Shown in pieces: positions 21,496 through 32,527 of a stretch of DNA of 64,000 bases. Source of the stretch: Pseudomonadota bacterium (GTDB lineage Bacteria; Pseudomonadota; Gammaproteobacteria; Enterobacterales; JBCCZV01). Made by a program: the position numbers and the translations under genes. The stretch's first letter is position 1; each line of letters starts with the position of its first letter. Below the pieces are notes generated by a model that worked only from the letters and a program-made list of their open reading frames with translations, made no database searches and had not been told where the DNA came from. The DNA lies in NCBI GenBank assembly GCA_039187085.1, contig JBCCZV010000002.1:14476-78475 (forward strand), given 5' to 3'.

Positions 21496-21998
21496 TACTT
21501 CTTTTTAAGAAACTTTATAACTTCGTCCGTTAAGTTAACGGTTTTACCAGATGAAAACTCCAATGCTTCCTGCTTGAATACGAGATCATATTTGCCTTGT
21601 TTTGAAACAGCATTAATAGCCTGTTTGATAGAAATCATGAGTTTTTGAGATTCTTCGTTTTCTCGGCGACGTTTGTCTTCTTGAAGCTGCTTACCTTTGA
21701 GGCGATAATCTAAGGTTAATTCTTCAATTTTTCGTGAAACTTCTTGAGATTCTTTCATCGACATAGTCATTTTGTCTCGCTCAAGCTTTTGCTGAAGTTC
21801 AACAATTGATTTTTCCTTTGACTTCATTTGGTCGATGCGATCTTTGAACTCTGTATTTAATTTTTGTACGATACCTTCACGCTGCGGTGACTGCTGAATA
21901 ATTTTACCAATTTCAACAACACCAACTTTCAAGTTGGCAGCATGTACAGGTAAAGCTGTACAAACAAAAAACAGCGCCAACCAATTAACAAGTTTCAT
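21495..21998 (-). CDS. skp: Periplasmic chaperone Skp (OmpH)
   Basis: 167 aa with a signal peptide and a Lys/Glu/Gln-rich coiled-coil body. It lies directly downstream of bamA. Confidence 0.9.
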   Translation of the reverse strand: MKLVNWLALFFVCTALPVHAANLKVGVVEIGKIIQQSPQREGIVQKLNTEFKDRIDQMKSKEKSIVELQQKLERDKMTMSMKESQEVSRKIEELTLDYRLKGKQLQEDKRRRENEESQKLMISIKQAINAVSKQGKYDLVFKQEALEFSSGKTVNLTDEVIKFLKKK

Positions 21999-22060
21999 AA
22001 CCTCACTCCTATTCTTAATACTTCATAATCAAAGTTAATAAATTTGTTCGATAAAAACAC

Positions 22061-24529
22061 TTAGAAAGTGCGACCCACATTAAACCCTATCGTTTCCTGT
22101 CTGTCATTAGCTTCTTTTTCAATAGGTTTGGCAAAACTGAACTTAAGAGGCCCTAGTGGTGATATCCATTGTACTGATATCCCGACAGAAACACGATAAG
22201 AGTCCTTATCACCGTAATCTGCAATCTCATCCGCAAAACTGGGATCGATTTCCGCTAAGGCGCTTATATTATCATCGGTATCCCACACATTACCAATATC
22301 TACAAAAGCACTTGTTCGAATTGAGCGGTTATCCTCATCGGCGAAGGGCGTTGGGAAAATCAGTTCTACCCCACCGAGTACACGCGCGTTACCACCGACG
22401 GAACGGTTGTTAATGAGTATGGTATCTGAACTTTCTGATAAGGGATTAGTTGGCGTAGAAGTACTACCATCAGGGCCTGGAATTGAACCTGCAGTATCTG
22501 CTATTAAAAACAGTTCTCTTGGGCCTACCGTGTTACTTTCAAAACCCCGTAAACTCTCAGAACCACCAGCAAAGAAGTTCTCGAAATAAGGCAGCCCAAC
22601 ACCTTCATCAGAACCATAACCATCGCCAAATGACAGTTGCGTTCTAAACAAAACGGTCCAACCGCGGGTAATGGGAACATAATGGACAAAATCATAATCG
22701 AGTTTGTAATATTCGAATTCACTCCCTGGAATAGTCACATTGCCAGAAAATGTTTGGCGAGTACCACGGTCGGGGAATATACCACGATTTAATGAATCTC
22801 TTGACCATATAGCTCGCAACGTGAAAAGTTCAAAATCTAATTCAGGATCAAGATTAATGTTTTGTCCTGCATCGTTGAAAAAGTCGATGACTTGGAAAGA
22901 ATTAGTGTCTTCGGCTTTTAATACGCTGTTTTGATACGAAAGTCCGAAAGTTAAACGCATTAATTCGCTCAACGGTATACCAACAAGGTATGAACCACCA
23001 TAGGAATCTAAAGCATTTCCAGCAATGTTCAGTTCACCAAAGTCCGTTTTTCTAAAAAAGACGCTGTAAGAGTTACTCACTCCATCAGGGGTAAAATAAG
23101 GATCCGTGTAAGATAAGTTTATATTTTGTACAGCCTTATCACTGCTGACGCCGGCAGAAACGGTTTTGCCCGAGCCCATGAAGTTACTCTGGCTAATATT
23201 GGCAGTTAGAATAGCACCTCTCAATTCGTTATAACCTATACCACCATTGATACTGCCAGCTGCTCGCTCCTTAATATTGAAATTGATATCGACCATATCG
23301 TCGGTACCCTGCACAGCCGGCGTTTCAACAGAAACTTGCTCAACAAAAGGTAAGCGCTCAAGACGCATTTTGGAGCGCTCCACCGCACTTGTTGAAAGTT
23401 TACCGCCTTCCATTAAACGCATTTCACGTCTTAGAACTTGATCTTGGGTTTTCTCATTGCCTGAAAAGTTAATCCTATTAACATAAGTTCGCTTACCAGG
23501 ATCGATAAAAAAGACAATGGAAACCTGCTTTGTTTCTTCGTCAATCTCAGGAATAGGACTAATGTTAGCAAAAGCATACCCCTCGAAACCAAGAGCTTTA
23601 CCTATAGTTTCTTCAGCATAAGATATTGCCGCACCTGAATAAGTATCGCCAACATTTAAAGGCACCATTCTCTTTAAAAAGGGTTCACTGAGTATTAAAT
23701 CTCCAGAAAACTTTATGTCAGAGACTTTGTAAATATCGCCTTCGTTAATGTTGATGGTGATATAAATACCTTCTTTGTCGGGTGTAATTGACACCTGTGT
23801 CGAGACTATCTGGAACTTAACATATCCACGATCGTGATAATATGAACGTAGGGTTTCTAAATCACCACTAAGTTTTTCTTTCGCATATTGATTGTCATCA
23901 GTAAAAAAAGATAGCCAATTACCCGTTGTTAATTCGAATTGAGAAAGAAGGTCTTCCTCACTGTAAACTTTGTTACCAACGATATTAATTTTCTTGATAA
24001 CAGCTGCATCACCTTCGAATACTTTAATATTAATTCTGACGCGATTTCGTGCCAAACGTACCGTTTTATAAGAAACTTTAACCCCGTACTTACCATACGA
24101 ATAATATTGTCTTTCAAGTTCTTGTTGAATTTGTTCCAAAATGGCTGGGTTGAGCACTTCTCCATCAGAAATTCCAGAGCTTTCCATAGCAGCAAGAAGA
24201 TCATCAGTTTTAATATCGTTGTTGCCTTCAATGTCTATTGATGCAATCGTCGGGCGTTCAGAAACATTAATAATGAGTTTGCTACCCTCTCGATTGACTT
24301 CGACGATTTCGAATGCTCCTGTCTTGAAAAGTGATCGAATGATCTTAGGTATTCGTGTTTCTGTAACACGCTCGCCCACTTTTATAGGTAGCTCAGTGTG
24401 TACAACCCCTACATCGACACGCTGTAAACCTACGATGTCAATTTCCTTCACAACGAAAGGTTCAAATGCTGCCGCAGTAAATGGCAAAGACCCTAACAGA
24501 AGTGCTCTTGCTACTTTTTTTAATCGCAT
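22061..24529 (-). CDS. bamA: Outer membrane protein assembly factor BamA
   Basis: 822 aa with a signal peptide, five POTRA-like repeats and a C-terminal beta-barrel ending in ...GFNVGRTF (terminal aromatic). Confidence 0.95.
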   Translation of the reverse strand: MRLKKVARALLLGSLPFTAAAFEPFVVKEIDIVGLQRVDVGVVHTELPIKVGERVTETRIPKIIRSLFKTGAFEIVEVNREGSKLIINVSERPTIASIDIEGNNDIKTDDLLAAMESSGISDGEVLNPAILEQIQQELERQYYSYGKYGVKVSYKTVRLARNRVRINIKVFEGDAAVIKKINIVGNKVYSEEDLLSQFELTTGNWLSFFTDDNQYAKEKLSGDLETLRSYYHDRGYVKFQIVSTQVSITPDKEGIYITININEGDIYKVSDIKFSGDLILSEPFLKRMVPLNVGDTYSGAAISYAEETIGKALGFEGYAFANISPIPEIDEETKQVSIVFFIDPGKRTYVNRINFSGNEKTQDQVLRREMRLMEGGKLSTSAVERSKMRLERLPFVEQVSVETPAVQGTDDMVDINFNIKERAAGSINGGIGYNELRGAILTANISQSNFMGSGKTVSAGVSSDKAVQNINLSYTDPYFTPDGVSNSYSVFFRKTDFGELNIAGNALDSYGGSYLVGIPLSELMRLTFGLSYQNSVLKAEDTNSFQVIDFFNDAGQNINLDPELDFELFTLRAIWSRDSLNRGIFPDRGTRQTFSGNVTIPGSEFEYYKLDYDFVHYVPITRGWTVLFRTQLSFGDGYGSDEGVGLPYFENFFAGGSESLRGFESNTVGPRELFLIADTAGSIPGPDGSTSTPTNPLSESSDTILINNRSVGGNARVLGGVELIFPTPFADEDNRSIRTSAFVDIGNVWDTDDNISALAEIDPSFADEIADYGDKDSYRVSVGISVQWISPLGPLKFSFAKPIEKEANDRQETIGFNVGRTF

Positions 24530-24563
24530 ATTGTATCTTTACTTTTCTAAAATAGAATTTAAT

Positions 24564-25925
24564 TTATGAAAGGAGTCTCAAAAAATCATTGTATACAGCA
24601 ATGAACATCACAGACAAGATAACCGCAAAACCTATTCGCAACCCAAACTCTTGTACTTGCTCCGATACAGGAGAGCCTTTTACCATCTCAACCAGAAAGT
24701 ACAAAAGATGACCTCCATCCAGGGCAGGAACTGGAAGCAAATTAACCAAGCCCAAGTTAACGCTCAGAAGTGCTAAAAAGCTTAAAAATGCTACAACACC
24801 GTATCTAGCTGTTGTTCCTGCACCTTCAGCGATACCAATAGGGCCGCTCAAAGCATGTACAGAAACGTCACCTGATACGATTTTACCGATAGTCGTAAAA
24901 ATAAATTGCGTCATTTCCCCAGTTTTGCTTATTGCTAAGCCCAATGACTCAAGTGGTGCATATTGCTTGGTTATTAGGTATTCAGCCGGGTATTGCGGTT
25001 GCGAGATAGCCCCTATCTTAGGGATCTTTTCACCCGTAGCATTATCAGTAACCATTTCAGGACTAACTGTCAAGGAGATGATATCTTGATTACGTAAAAC
25101 TTTAACGCTTAAGTCTTCCCCTTTGGTTGCACGAATCGTCTCTAATAATGCACGCCAGCCATCAATAGACTGGCCGTTAATTTCTACGATTTCATCTCCC
25201 GCTTGCATACCCGCTTTTTCAGCGGCTGAATTTTTAGCAAATCCAGTAATGCGCGCTGGGATTTTAGGCACGAATGGCTTAATACCTACAGACTCGAAAA
25301 TATTCGGACGTGTGTCGTCAATGGCTAAATTAGATAAATCGATAGTCCTTGACAGTTGTGAACCTGTCTCATCGACAAAAGATATTTTTACTTCTTCAGT
25401 CCCTAAAGCATCAAAAAATCGCATTTGAACATCTTGCCAAGTTTCTGTTGCTTGGCCGTTGATTGTGCGAAACTCGAGTTGAGGACGGAAATCAGCCTCG
25501 TAAGCGGCAGATTCATACGTGACATCACCAACAATCGGACGAGGCTCCTCTGATCCAATAATAAAGGTTAACCAAAAAGCCGCTATAGCAAACAGAAAGT
25601 TGGCTATTGGTCCAGCAGCAACGACAGCAATTCGGTGCAAAACCGGACGATTCATAAAGTCTTGTTCTTTATCAGCGATCGATAACTTATCTTCTCTTGA
25701 ATCTAACATTTTAACATAACCACCAAGCGGTATGGCAGCCAAGATATATTCAACACCATCTTTTCCCTGCTTTTTTACAATCGCAGGACCAAAGCCCACG
25801 GAGAACTTCAGTACTTTAAACCCTAATTTACGAGCAACCCAAAAATGCCCATATTCATGTATGGTGACGAGTAAGCCGATTGCTACAACAAACGACAAGA
25901 AATTCCAAAAAAAATCTAACATCAT
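24564..25925 (-). CDS. rseP: Sigma-E regulatory site-2 protease RseP (zinc metalloprotease, PDZ domains)
   Basis: 453 aa with an HEYGHF (HExxH) motif in TM1. It also has central PDZ regions and the LPVPALDGGH motif. Confidence 0.95.
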   Translation of the reverse strand: MMLDFFWNFLSFVVAIGLLVTIHEYGHFWVARKLGFKVLKFSVGFGPAIVKKQGKDGVEYILAAIPLGGYVKMLDSREDKLSIADKEQDFMNRPVLHRIAVVAAGPIANFLFAIAAFWLTFIIGSEEPRPIVGDVTYESAAYEADFRPQLEFRTINGQATETWQDVQMRFFDALGTEEVKISFVDETGSQLSRTIDLSNLAIDDTRPNIFESVGIKPFVPKIPARITGFAKNSAAEKAGMQAGDEIVEINGQSIDGWRALLETIRATKGEDLSVKVLRNQDIISLTVSPEMVTDNATGEKIPKIGAISQPQYPAEYLITKQYAPLESLGLAISKTGEMTQFIFTTIGKIVSGDVSVHALSGPIGIAEGAGTTARYGVVAFLSFLALLSVNLGLVNLLPVPALDGGHLLYFLVEMVKGSPVSEQVQEFGLRIGFAVILSVMFIAVYNDFLRLLS

Positions 25926-27127
25926 TCAGTGTATTCTTTCATTATCAGTTGACTGGCCACTGCTCTTGCTTTGAAATCAACGGCCTTGATTGCTTCTAGA
26001 GACTCAACAGAGTCATTATTATAGCTCGATAGTGTGTCTTCAATCACCTGCTCTATGTGAGTAAATCCAATTTGATTGGACAAAAATGCATCAACAGCAA
26101 TTTCATTAGCAGCATTGAGTATTGCAGGAGCAGCACCACCTTCGACAAGGACTTCTTTGGCAAGTTCAACACAAGGAAACCGCCGAGCATCAAGCTCGAG
26201 AAAATCGAGTCGATTGTTCATCATTAAATCAAGAGGAGATGAACCTGACATCATGCGATTAGGCCACGATAATGCGTGGGCAATTGGTATACGCATATCT
26301 GGGCTACCCATCTGTGCCAATATTGAGCCGTCAATATATTCCACCATTGAATGAATAACGCTTTGGGGATGTATAACAATATTGATGCGATCAGGCTCCA
26401 TAGCAAACAACCAATGAGCCTCGATAAACTCTAACCCTTTATTCATCATAGTGGCAGAATCGACGGATATCTTGCGCCCCATCTCCCAGTTAGGGTGCTT
26501 GCATGCTTCTTGTGGTGTGACTTTAGATAAATCATCTAATGGTTTATGAAGAAATGGACCACCAGATGCGGTTAAAATCAAACGACGAATGAGTTGATTG
26601 TCCACTTTCTCTTGAGCGGATTGACCATGCAAACACTGAAATATTGCATTATGCTCACTATCAACAGGTAACAAAGTTGCGTTGTGTTTTTCGACTTCAC
26701 GCATAAATATTTCGCCGGACATAACAAGCGCTTCCTTATTAGCCAGCAGTACACGACAACCTTGTTTCACAGCCGAGAGGGTTGGCTCTAAACCCGCAGC
26801 ACCAACAATTGCAGCCATGACGAGCTCAGCATTCGCCGATTCCGCGACTGAGCTCAGCGCTTCAACACCCCCTAAAACTTGAATATTTTTATGCTTTTCT
26901 AAACCCCTTTTTAATTCAGGCAATTTGGATGCATCAGCGATCAGCGCAATTTCAGGCTGATGTACTATTGATAGCCTAATGAGCTCTTCAACGCGTGTAT
27001 TAGCCGTTAAAGCGACAACGTTAAAGTACTCTTCATGTAATTTTATAACATCAAGCGTACTTTTACCTACGGAGCCAGTTGCTCCTAAAATGGCAATTCG
27101 TTTCAACCTATAACCCCCTAACGACAA
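25922..27127 (-). CDS. dxr: 1-deoxy-D-xylulose-5-phosphate reductoisomerase
   Basis: It contains the IAILGATGSVGKSTLDV NADPH-binding motif and LANKEALV. The exact start is uncertain (the ORF track start is the most upstream one). Confidence 0.93.
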   Translation of the reverse strand: MSLGGYRLKRIAILGATGSVGKSTLDVIKLHEEYFNVVALTANTRVEELIRLSIVHQPEIALIADASKLPELKRGLEKHKNIQVLGGVEALSSVAESANAELVMAAIVGAAGLEPTLSAVKQGCRVLLANKEALVMSGEIFMREVEKHNATLLPVDSEHNAIFQCLHGQSAQEKVDNQLIRRLILTASGGPFLHKPLDDLSKVTPQEACKHPNWEMGRKISVDSATMMNKGLEFIEAHWLFAMEPDRINIVIHPQSVIHSMVEYIDGSILAQMGSPDMRIPIAHALSWPNRMMSGSSPLDLMMNNRLDFLELDARRFPCVELAKEVLVEGGAAPAILNAANEIAVDAFLSNQIGFTHIEQVIEDTLSSYNNDSVESLEAIKAVDFKARAVASQLIMKEYTE

Positions 27128-27140
27128 TAATAAAAGGTTT

Positions 27141-28025
27141 TTATCTCATCAAACCCACAATAATCATAGCCAATGCGAAAATAGGCGATGTCGATAAAAG
27201 GCTATCAATTCTATCCAAAAGGCCGCCATGACCCGGCAAAATTCTTCCGCTGTCTTTTAAGTTACGTTCACGCTTAAGCACACTTTCAGTTAGGTCACCA
27301 ATTACAGAAAAGAAAACCAGTACCGAGGATACCAAAGCGATTTGTAGAACCGACTGATAAACTTCAGGCAGCAACAGCCAGCCTAGTCCAGCGACGCAAG
27401 CTGCTGTAATCATTCCACCAAAAACACCTTCCCAGGTTTTATTCGGGCTCACTTTCGGTGCAAGTTTTATACGCCCGAAACGCTTGCCAGCAAAATAAGC
27501 ACCTACATCAGCAGCCCAAATTATACTCATCCAATGCAAAATCAAGGTGGCACCAAATTGAGTATCAGACAGCATATTCAATCCCCGTATAGCGATTAAA
27601 GCTACCCAAAAAGCCAAAAGATTAACAAGGCCAATCAGACCAATCGTCCAAGGTGAATAACACCAACGGAATGTTTTACTCGGATAAGTTAATACTAAGG
27701 GAACCGCAAGAAACCACCAAACTGACGAAAAAAGTAATATAAAAAAAGAAGCTTGAACCTGCCAATTTGCACTAGTTACAAAGCCTAGCCAATGTGGATA
27801 CGGCGGCGCATACCACCAAAATACACAGATGCTAATGGCTACACACCAAACATAACACATGCGATAGAAATACTGCTTAATACCGATAAGTTTCGACCAT
27901 TCCCAACCTGCAACCAGAGTAACAAGCGAAACTAGAAAAACAAAAAATTGAAAGCTTGCATTAAATAAACTTTGCAATACCAAAATTAATAAAATGACGC
28001 CAGTTACCACTCTCTGCATTAACAT
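27141..28025 (-). CDS. cdsA: Phosphatidate cytidylyltransferase
   Basis: This is a polytopic membrane protein. It carries the signature SVLKRERNLKDSGRILPGHGGLLDRIDS. Confidence 0.93.
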   Translation of the reverse strand: MLMQRVVTGVILLILVLQSLFNASFQFFVFLVSLVTLVAGWEWSKLIGIKQYFYRMCYVWCVAISICVFWWYAPPYPHWLGFVTSANWQVQASFFILLFSSVWWFLAVPLVLTYPSKTFRWCYSPWTIGLIGLVNLLAFWVALIAIRGLNMLSDTQFGATLILHWMSIIWAADVGAYFAGKRFGRIKLAPKVSPNKTWEGVFGGMITAACVAGLGWLLLPEVYQSVLQIALVSSVLVFFSVIGDLTESVLKRERNLKDSGRILPGHGGLLDRIDSLLSTSPIFALAMIIVGLMR

Positions 28026-28786
28026 GGAAACTGTCCACCTTGTGCGGTTCCTGAAATCTGTTGGCCTGTTTTACCAAACCTTCTTTGGCGTGTTGCAAAA
28101 TCTTCAAGTGCACGCTTTAATCCGCCATCCTTATCAAAATCAGGCCAAAGCGTATTTGTAAAGTACAATTCACAATAAGCCAGGTGCCAAAGCAAGAAAT
28201 TACTAACTCGACACTCGCCACCAGTGCGTATGAATAAATCTGGAGGGTGAGAATCGTGAAAATAAAAATGTCTGCTTAAGGTTTGCTCGTCGATTTCATC
28301 GATACGAATATTACCAGCAATGAGTTCTTGACTCAGCTTTTTGAAAGCCTCGGAGATTTCCCAACGTCCGCCATAATTTGCTGCGATATTTAAAAATAAT
28401 TGCTGGTTATCACCTGTTTTTTTTTCAGCACTCGCTATGCCGCGTTTCAACTTTTCAGAAAAGCCATTGGTATCACCAATAAATCGGATTCGCACACCAT
28501 TTTTATGGAGTTTAGCTACTTCTCTTTCTAGTGCGGTTACAAAGAGCGTCATCAGCATGCTGACTTCTTCTTCGGGGCGATTCCAATTTTCACTACTAAA
28601 AGCAAATAAGGTAAGCTCCTTTATCCCAAACTGAATAGCTTTTTCTACGGTATTTCTTACTGTATCCAAGCCGGCTTTATGACCAAATGTTCTTTTTTTG
28701 CCTTGACTTTCCGCCCACCGACCATTGCCGTCCATCACAATCGCAACATGAGAAGGGATTTGTTTAGGGGCAGAAGTTGATGTCAT
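28019..28786 (-). CDS. uppS: Ditrans,polycis-undecaprenyl-diphosphate synthase
   Basis: It contains the HVAIVMDGNGRWA motif and ...RTGGECRVSNFLLWHLAYCELYF. Confidence 0.95.
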   Translation of the reverse strand: MTSTSAPKQIPSHVAIVMDGNGRWAESQGKKRTFGHKAGLDTVRNTVEKAIQFGIKELTLFAFSSENWNRPEEEVSMLMTLFVTALEREVAKLHKNGVRIRFIGDTNGFSEKLKRGIASAEKKTGDNQQLFLNIAANYGGRWEISEAFKKLSQELIAGNIRIDEIDEQTLSRHFYFHDSHPPDLFIRTGGECRVSNFLLWHLAYCELYFTNTLWPDFDKDGGLKRALEDFATRQRRFGKTGQQISGTAQGGQFPC

Positions 28787-28839
28787 GATAAAAGAATCTC
28801 GATGAGTATGGTGATATTGCGGGCTAATAATATATTATT

Positions 28840-28860
28840 TGCTGCGCAAATCGCGCAGCA
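28840..28860 (-). terminator. Hairpin between frr and uppS (possible attenuator or weak terminator)
   Basis: TGCTGCGC-AAATC-GCGCAGCA forms an 8-bp GC-rich stem 13 nt after the frr stop. It is followed on the minus strand by an A/T-rich tract, not a clean U-run. Confidence 0.35.
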
Positions 28861-28872
28861 GAAGCATAACGA

Positions 28873-29430
28873 TTAAATTTCCATTAACTCAGCTTCTTTT
28901 TCTTTCAAAATGGTATCGACAACACCAATATGCTTGTCCGTAATTTTTTGAACGTCATCCTGAGCTTTTCTTTCATCATCTTCGCCGATTTCTTTTTCTT
29001 TAACAAGATCTTTCAAAGAACCGTTCGCATCTCTACGAATATTTCTAATAGCAACACGAGCTCCTTCGGCCTCACCCCTAACAACTTTGATCAAGTCTTT
29101 ACGGCGTTCTTCCGTGAGAGGTGGAAGTGGAATACGAATAACTTGGCCTGCTGAGTTTGGGTTGAGTCCCAGATCAGAATTCATAATAGCTTTTTCAACA
29201 GCTTCCGTTGCAGAGCGGTCGAAAGGCGTTACTGACAAAGTTCTTGAATCCTGAACTGATACATTGGCTACCTGGTTTAATGGTGTGTTAGTGCCATAAT
29301 AATTCACCATAACATGATCGAGCAAACTAGGATGCGCTCTTCCTGTTCTTACTTTAGTGAGATCTGTTTTGAAAGACTCAATGGTTTTATTCATGCGGCT
29401 TTCGGCATCAGCTTTTATATCATTAATCAC
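28873..29430 (-). CDS. frr: Ribosome recycling factor
   Basis: 185 aa. The sequences ...[15 protein letters not shown]... and ...RNIRRDAN... are typical of Frr. Confidence 0.96.
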   Translation of the reverse strand: MINDIKADAESRMNKTIESFKTDLTKVRTGRAHPSLLDHVMVNYYGTNTPLNQVANVSVQDSRTLSVTPFDRSATEAVEKAIMNSDLGLNPNSAGQVIRIPLPPLTEERRKDLIKVVRGEAEGARVAIRNIRRDANGSLKDLVKEKEIGEDDERKAQDDVQKITDKHIGVVDTILKEKEAELMEI

Positions 29431-29451
29431 TGGCGTTTTCTCCTGCGTCGC

Positions 29452-30195
29452 TTATTCGTCAAAATTATTTTTGATTAGCGTACCTTCATCATCACCGCAA
29501 ATAACCTTATAAAGTGCACCAGGTTTATTCATATCAAAAACTCGGATAGTTTTATCATGGTCACGAGCTAGGCAAAAAGCAGTAAGATCCATCACGGCTA
29601 ATTCGCGTTCTAGTGCTTCGCTATATTTCAATTTCTGGTATCTTACAGCTTCAGGATATTTGGCAGGATCAGCAGAATATACGCCATCGACTTTCGTTGC
29701 TTTAACAATTAAGTCTGCTTCAATTTCAATGCCACGTAAACACGCAGCTGTATCTGTTGTAAAGAAAGGGTTACCAGTGCCCGCACAGAAAATCACGACC
29801 TGACCTGCTTGCATGAATCGCATCGCAAACCGTCTATCATAATCTTCACAAACACCAGTTAAAGAAATCGCAGACATAACACGAGTCGGCACCGCTGCCC
29901 GCTCTAGCGAATCTTGCATTGCAAGCGCATTCATGACTGTAGCCAGCATCCCCATATGGTCGCCAGCCACTCGATTCATGCCTGCTTTTGCTAACTTTTC
30001 ACCCCGGAAAAGATTTCCCCCGCCAACAACAATACCAACTTGAACCCCATGAGAAATCAATTGATTAATTTCTTCGGCCATCCGATCGAGAACCTTCGGA
30101 TCTAACCCGAAAGACTCGTCACCCATTAAAGCCTCACCACTAAGTTTTAGTAAAATGCGCTTATATACAGGGCGCTGGGGCACTAAATTGGTCAT
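29452..30195 (-). CDS. pyrH: UMP kinase
   Basis: It contains [12 protein letters not shown] and VGGGNLFRG motifs. Confidence 0.96.
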   Translation of the reverse strand: MTNLVPQRPVYKRILLKLSGEALMGDESFGLDPKVLDRMAEEINQLISHGVQVGIVVGGGNLFRGEKLAKAGMNRVAGDHMGMLATVMNALAMQDSLERAAVPTRVMSAISLTGVCEDYDRRFAMRFMQAGQVVIFCAGTGNPFFTTDTAACLRGIEIEADLIVKATKVDGVYSADPAKYPEAVRYQKLKYSEALERELAVMDLTAFCLARDHDKTIRVFDMNKPGALYKVICGDDEGTLIKNNFDE

Positions 30196-30204
30196 GTATA
30201 ACTC

Positions 30205-31086
30205 CTAGTTTGTACCTTTAACTTGAGCCATTACTTCTGCAGCAAAGTCTTCCTCTTTTTTCTCGATACCTTCACCAACTTCTAAGCGAACAAAAGACTC
30301 AACGCTAGCGGAAGCCGATTTCAGTAACTGCCCAACAGATTGTGAAGGTTCTTTAACAAAAGGCTGGCCGGTTAGGCTAATTTCATTAACGTATTTCTTC
30401 AAACGTCCTGTGATCATTTTTTCAATGATATCGTCAGGCTTACCACTTTCTTTGGCTTGTGCAACAAAAATCTCTTTTTCTTTGTTCACTAGCTCTTCTG
30501 GTACATCTTCAGGGTTGATAAATAATGGATTACTTGCGGCTACGTGCATAGCGACATCGCGAGCTAACTCTTCGCTCCCGCCTTCCAAAGCCACTAAAAC
30601 GGAAATTCTTGAACCGTGAGTATAAGCTCCGAGCGCTGTTGATGCTTCTACAGCGCTGATACGACGCACATTAATGTTTTCACCAATTTTTGCGATTAAG
30701 TTTTCACGCGCTTTGTCAACAGACTCACCGTTACCATAGTCTGCTGATTTTAATGCATCAATATCTTTGATATTATTTTTTACAGATACTTGAGCTATAG
30801 TATTAGCGAAATTCAAGAAGTTTTCATCTCGAGCAACGAAATCCGTCTCACTATTAATCTCAACAATGATTCCACTTTTACCACTTTCGCTGACAGCTGA
30901 AACACAAATCCCCTCTGCTGCAACACGACCAGCTTTCTTTGCCGCTTTGGCCTGACCGGATTTACGCATGTTTTCAATGGCCACCTCAATATCACCATTG
31001 GTTTCGACAAGCGCTTTTTTACATTCCATCATGCCTGCGCCAGTTCTTTCGCGTAATTCTTTTACTAGAGCTGCTGTAATTGCCAT
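30205..31086 (-). CDS. tsf: Elongation factor Ts
   Basis: The N-terminus is [26 protein letters not shown] (UBA-like domain). Confidence 0.97.
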   Translation of the reverse strand: MAITAALVKELRERTGAGMMECKKALVETNGDIEVAIENMRKSGQAKAAKKAGRVAAEGICVSAVSESGKSGIIVEINSETDFVARDENFLNFANTIAQVSVKNNIKDIDALKSADYGNGESVDKARENLIAKIGENINVRRISAVEASTALGAYTHGSRISVLVALEGGSEELARDVAMHVAASNPLFINPEDVPEELVNKEKEIFVAQAKESGKPDDIIEKMITGRLKKYVNEISLTGQPFVKEPSQSVGQLLKSASASVESFVRLEVGEGIEKKEEDFAAEVMAQVKGTN

Positions 31087-31171
31087 AATTTTTCCTCTTT
31101 AATCTATGTAAACTTTGCCCAACAAAGACTTTTTAAGTGACATGCATAAACTCGATGATGTTTTTATCGCT

Positions 31172-31196
31172 CCAAAAAAGGGGGCAAGGCCCCCTT
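31172..31196 (-). terminator. rpsB-tsf intercistronic attenuator/terminator hairpin
   Basis: The minus strand reads GGGGGC-CTT-GCCCCC followed by TTTTTTGG. It lies between the rpsB stop (31229) and the tsf start (31086). An attenuator at this position is known for the E. coli rpsB-tsf operon. Confidence 0.7.
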
Positions 31197-31228
31197 AATT
31201 CACGCTGCGAGCAATGCGATTTTAATCA

Positions 31229-31999
31229 CTACTCAGCTTGTTGTTCTTCGGTTTCGCTGACTTCAGCGGTTTTATCTTCTTCAACAAACTCATCTTCAGC
31301 AACATCACCCGTGGTGATAGATTGCTTGCCATCAATCACAGCGTCCGCAATAGCGCGCGCATACAACTCTATGGCTCGGTATGCATCATCATTTCCAGGA
31401 ATAACATAATCAATTCCTGCTGGATCCGAGTTTGTATCAACGACACCAATAAGAGGAATACCTAATTTATTGGCTTCTGAAATCGCAATGCGTTCATGGC
31501 CTGAGTCAATAACAAAGATAGCGTCAGGTAAGCCACCCATATCTTTGATACCACCAATACTTTTCTCAAGCTTTTGCATTTCTCGCGTTAACAATAACGC
31601 TTCTTTCTTGGTCAAACGTTCGAAAGTACCGTCTTGGCTTTGCTTTTCCAATTCTTTTAAACGTTTTATCGATTGGCGAATGGTTTTGTAGTTGGTTAGC
31701 ATGCCGCCTAACCAGCGTTTATCAACAAAATATTGCTCGCAACGTGAAGCTTCGCGCTTCATGATTTCACCAGCAGCTCTTTTGGTACCAACAAAGAGTA
31801 CTTTGCCGCGTTTAGAAGCGATGTTGCTGATAAAATTCAGAGCATCATTGAACATAGGAAGCGTGTGCTCTAGGTTCAATACATGGATGTTATTTCTTTC
31901 GCCGAAAATATAAGGTTTCATTTTCGGGTTCCAGAAACGCGTTCTGTGTCCGAAATGTACACCCGCCTTAATCATATCACGCATGGTGACTTTAGCCAT
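31229..31999 (-). CDS. rpsB: 30S ribosomal protein S2
   Basis: The N-terminus is [27 protein letters not shown]. An acidic C-terminal tail is present. Confidence 0.97.
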   Translation of the reverse strand: MAKVTMRDMIKAGVHFGHRTRFWNPKMKPYIFGERNNIHVLNLEHTLPMFNDALNFISNIASKRGKVLFVGTKRAAGEIMKREASRCEQYFVDKRWLGGMLTNYKTIRQSIKRLKELEKQSQDGTFERLTKKEALLLTREMQKLEKSIGGIKDMGGLPDAIFVIDSGHERIAISEANKLGIPLIGVVDTNSDPAGIDYVIPGNDDAYRAIELYARAIADAVIDGKQSITTGDVAEDEFVEEDKTAEVSETEEQQAE

Positions 32000-32237
32000 T
32001 AAATTATCTCCAAAAACTATGGGGTTAAACCTCCGCGAATCCCACCATTCCGACTTGCTTTATATAGAGCGGATAATAGCCTCAAGAGCAATCACCTACT
32101 TATATTGAGGTTTTAAACCTCAGAACAAGCACCCAGGAAGATGTGACGATGCGCGTGTGAGTTAGATGTTTGTGTTATAGCTCGATTAACGAACAAAACA
32201 CGATATCCGAGAGCTTGGCAAATCTTACACTCTTCGG
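32000..32237 (-). promoter_or_regulatory. rpsB 5' untranslated leader (putative S2 autoregulatory structure)
   Basis: The leader, about 235 nt, runs from the predicted promoter to the ATG. It contains a perfect hairpin TGAGGTTT/AAACCTCA (32107-32123), and a related GGAGGTTTAACCCC element lies next to the RBS. A structured S2-binding leader is established for gammaproteobacterial rpsB. The assignment here rests on position and structure only. Confidence 0.5.
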
Positions 32238-32243
32238 GCGCGC

Positions 32244-32272
32244 TTTATACCATAAACGCTTAGTGGCCTCAA
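32244..32272 (-). promoter_or_regulatory. rpsB promoter with extended -10
   Basis: The minus strand reads TTGAGG-17 nt-TATAAA, with TATGGTATAAA closely matching the conserved gammaproteobacterial rpsB extended -10 (TGTGGTATAAA). Confidence 0.6.
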
Positions 32273-32527
32273 TGATTTTAATCAACTAGAAATGATTTTA
32301 CAGACCAACAATTCTATTAATCACTTGAAAAACAATGTTTTTTTATATCAGCTGTTTTTTTAATTTTTTAAACTCTTATCTTTTTTCAAACAGCAAATTG
32401 CACATGAGACTTAGCCCCAGGTATCTAATAACTTCAGAATCGATTAGTATTGATGATTCAATGTTAAGTTACAAATCCCGTGGGACTTGTAACTTTATTT
32501 TAAAAAGAGTAAACACGACAGAATTAT

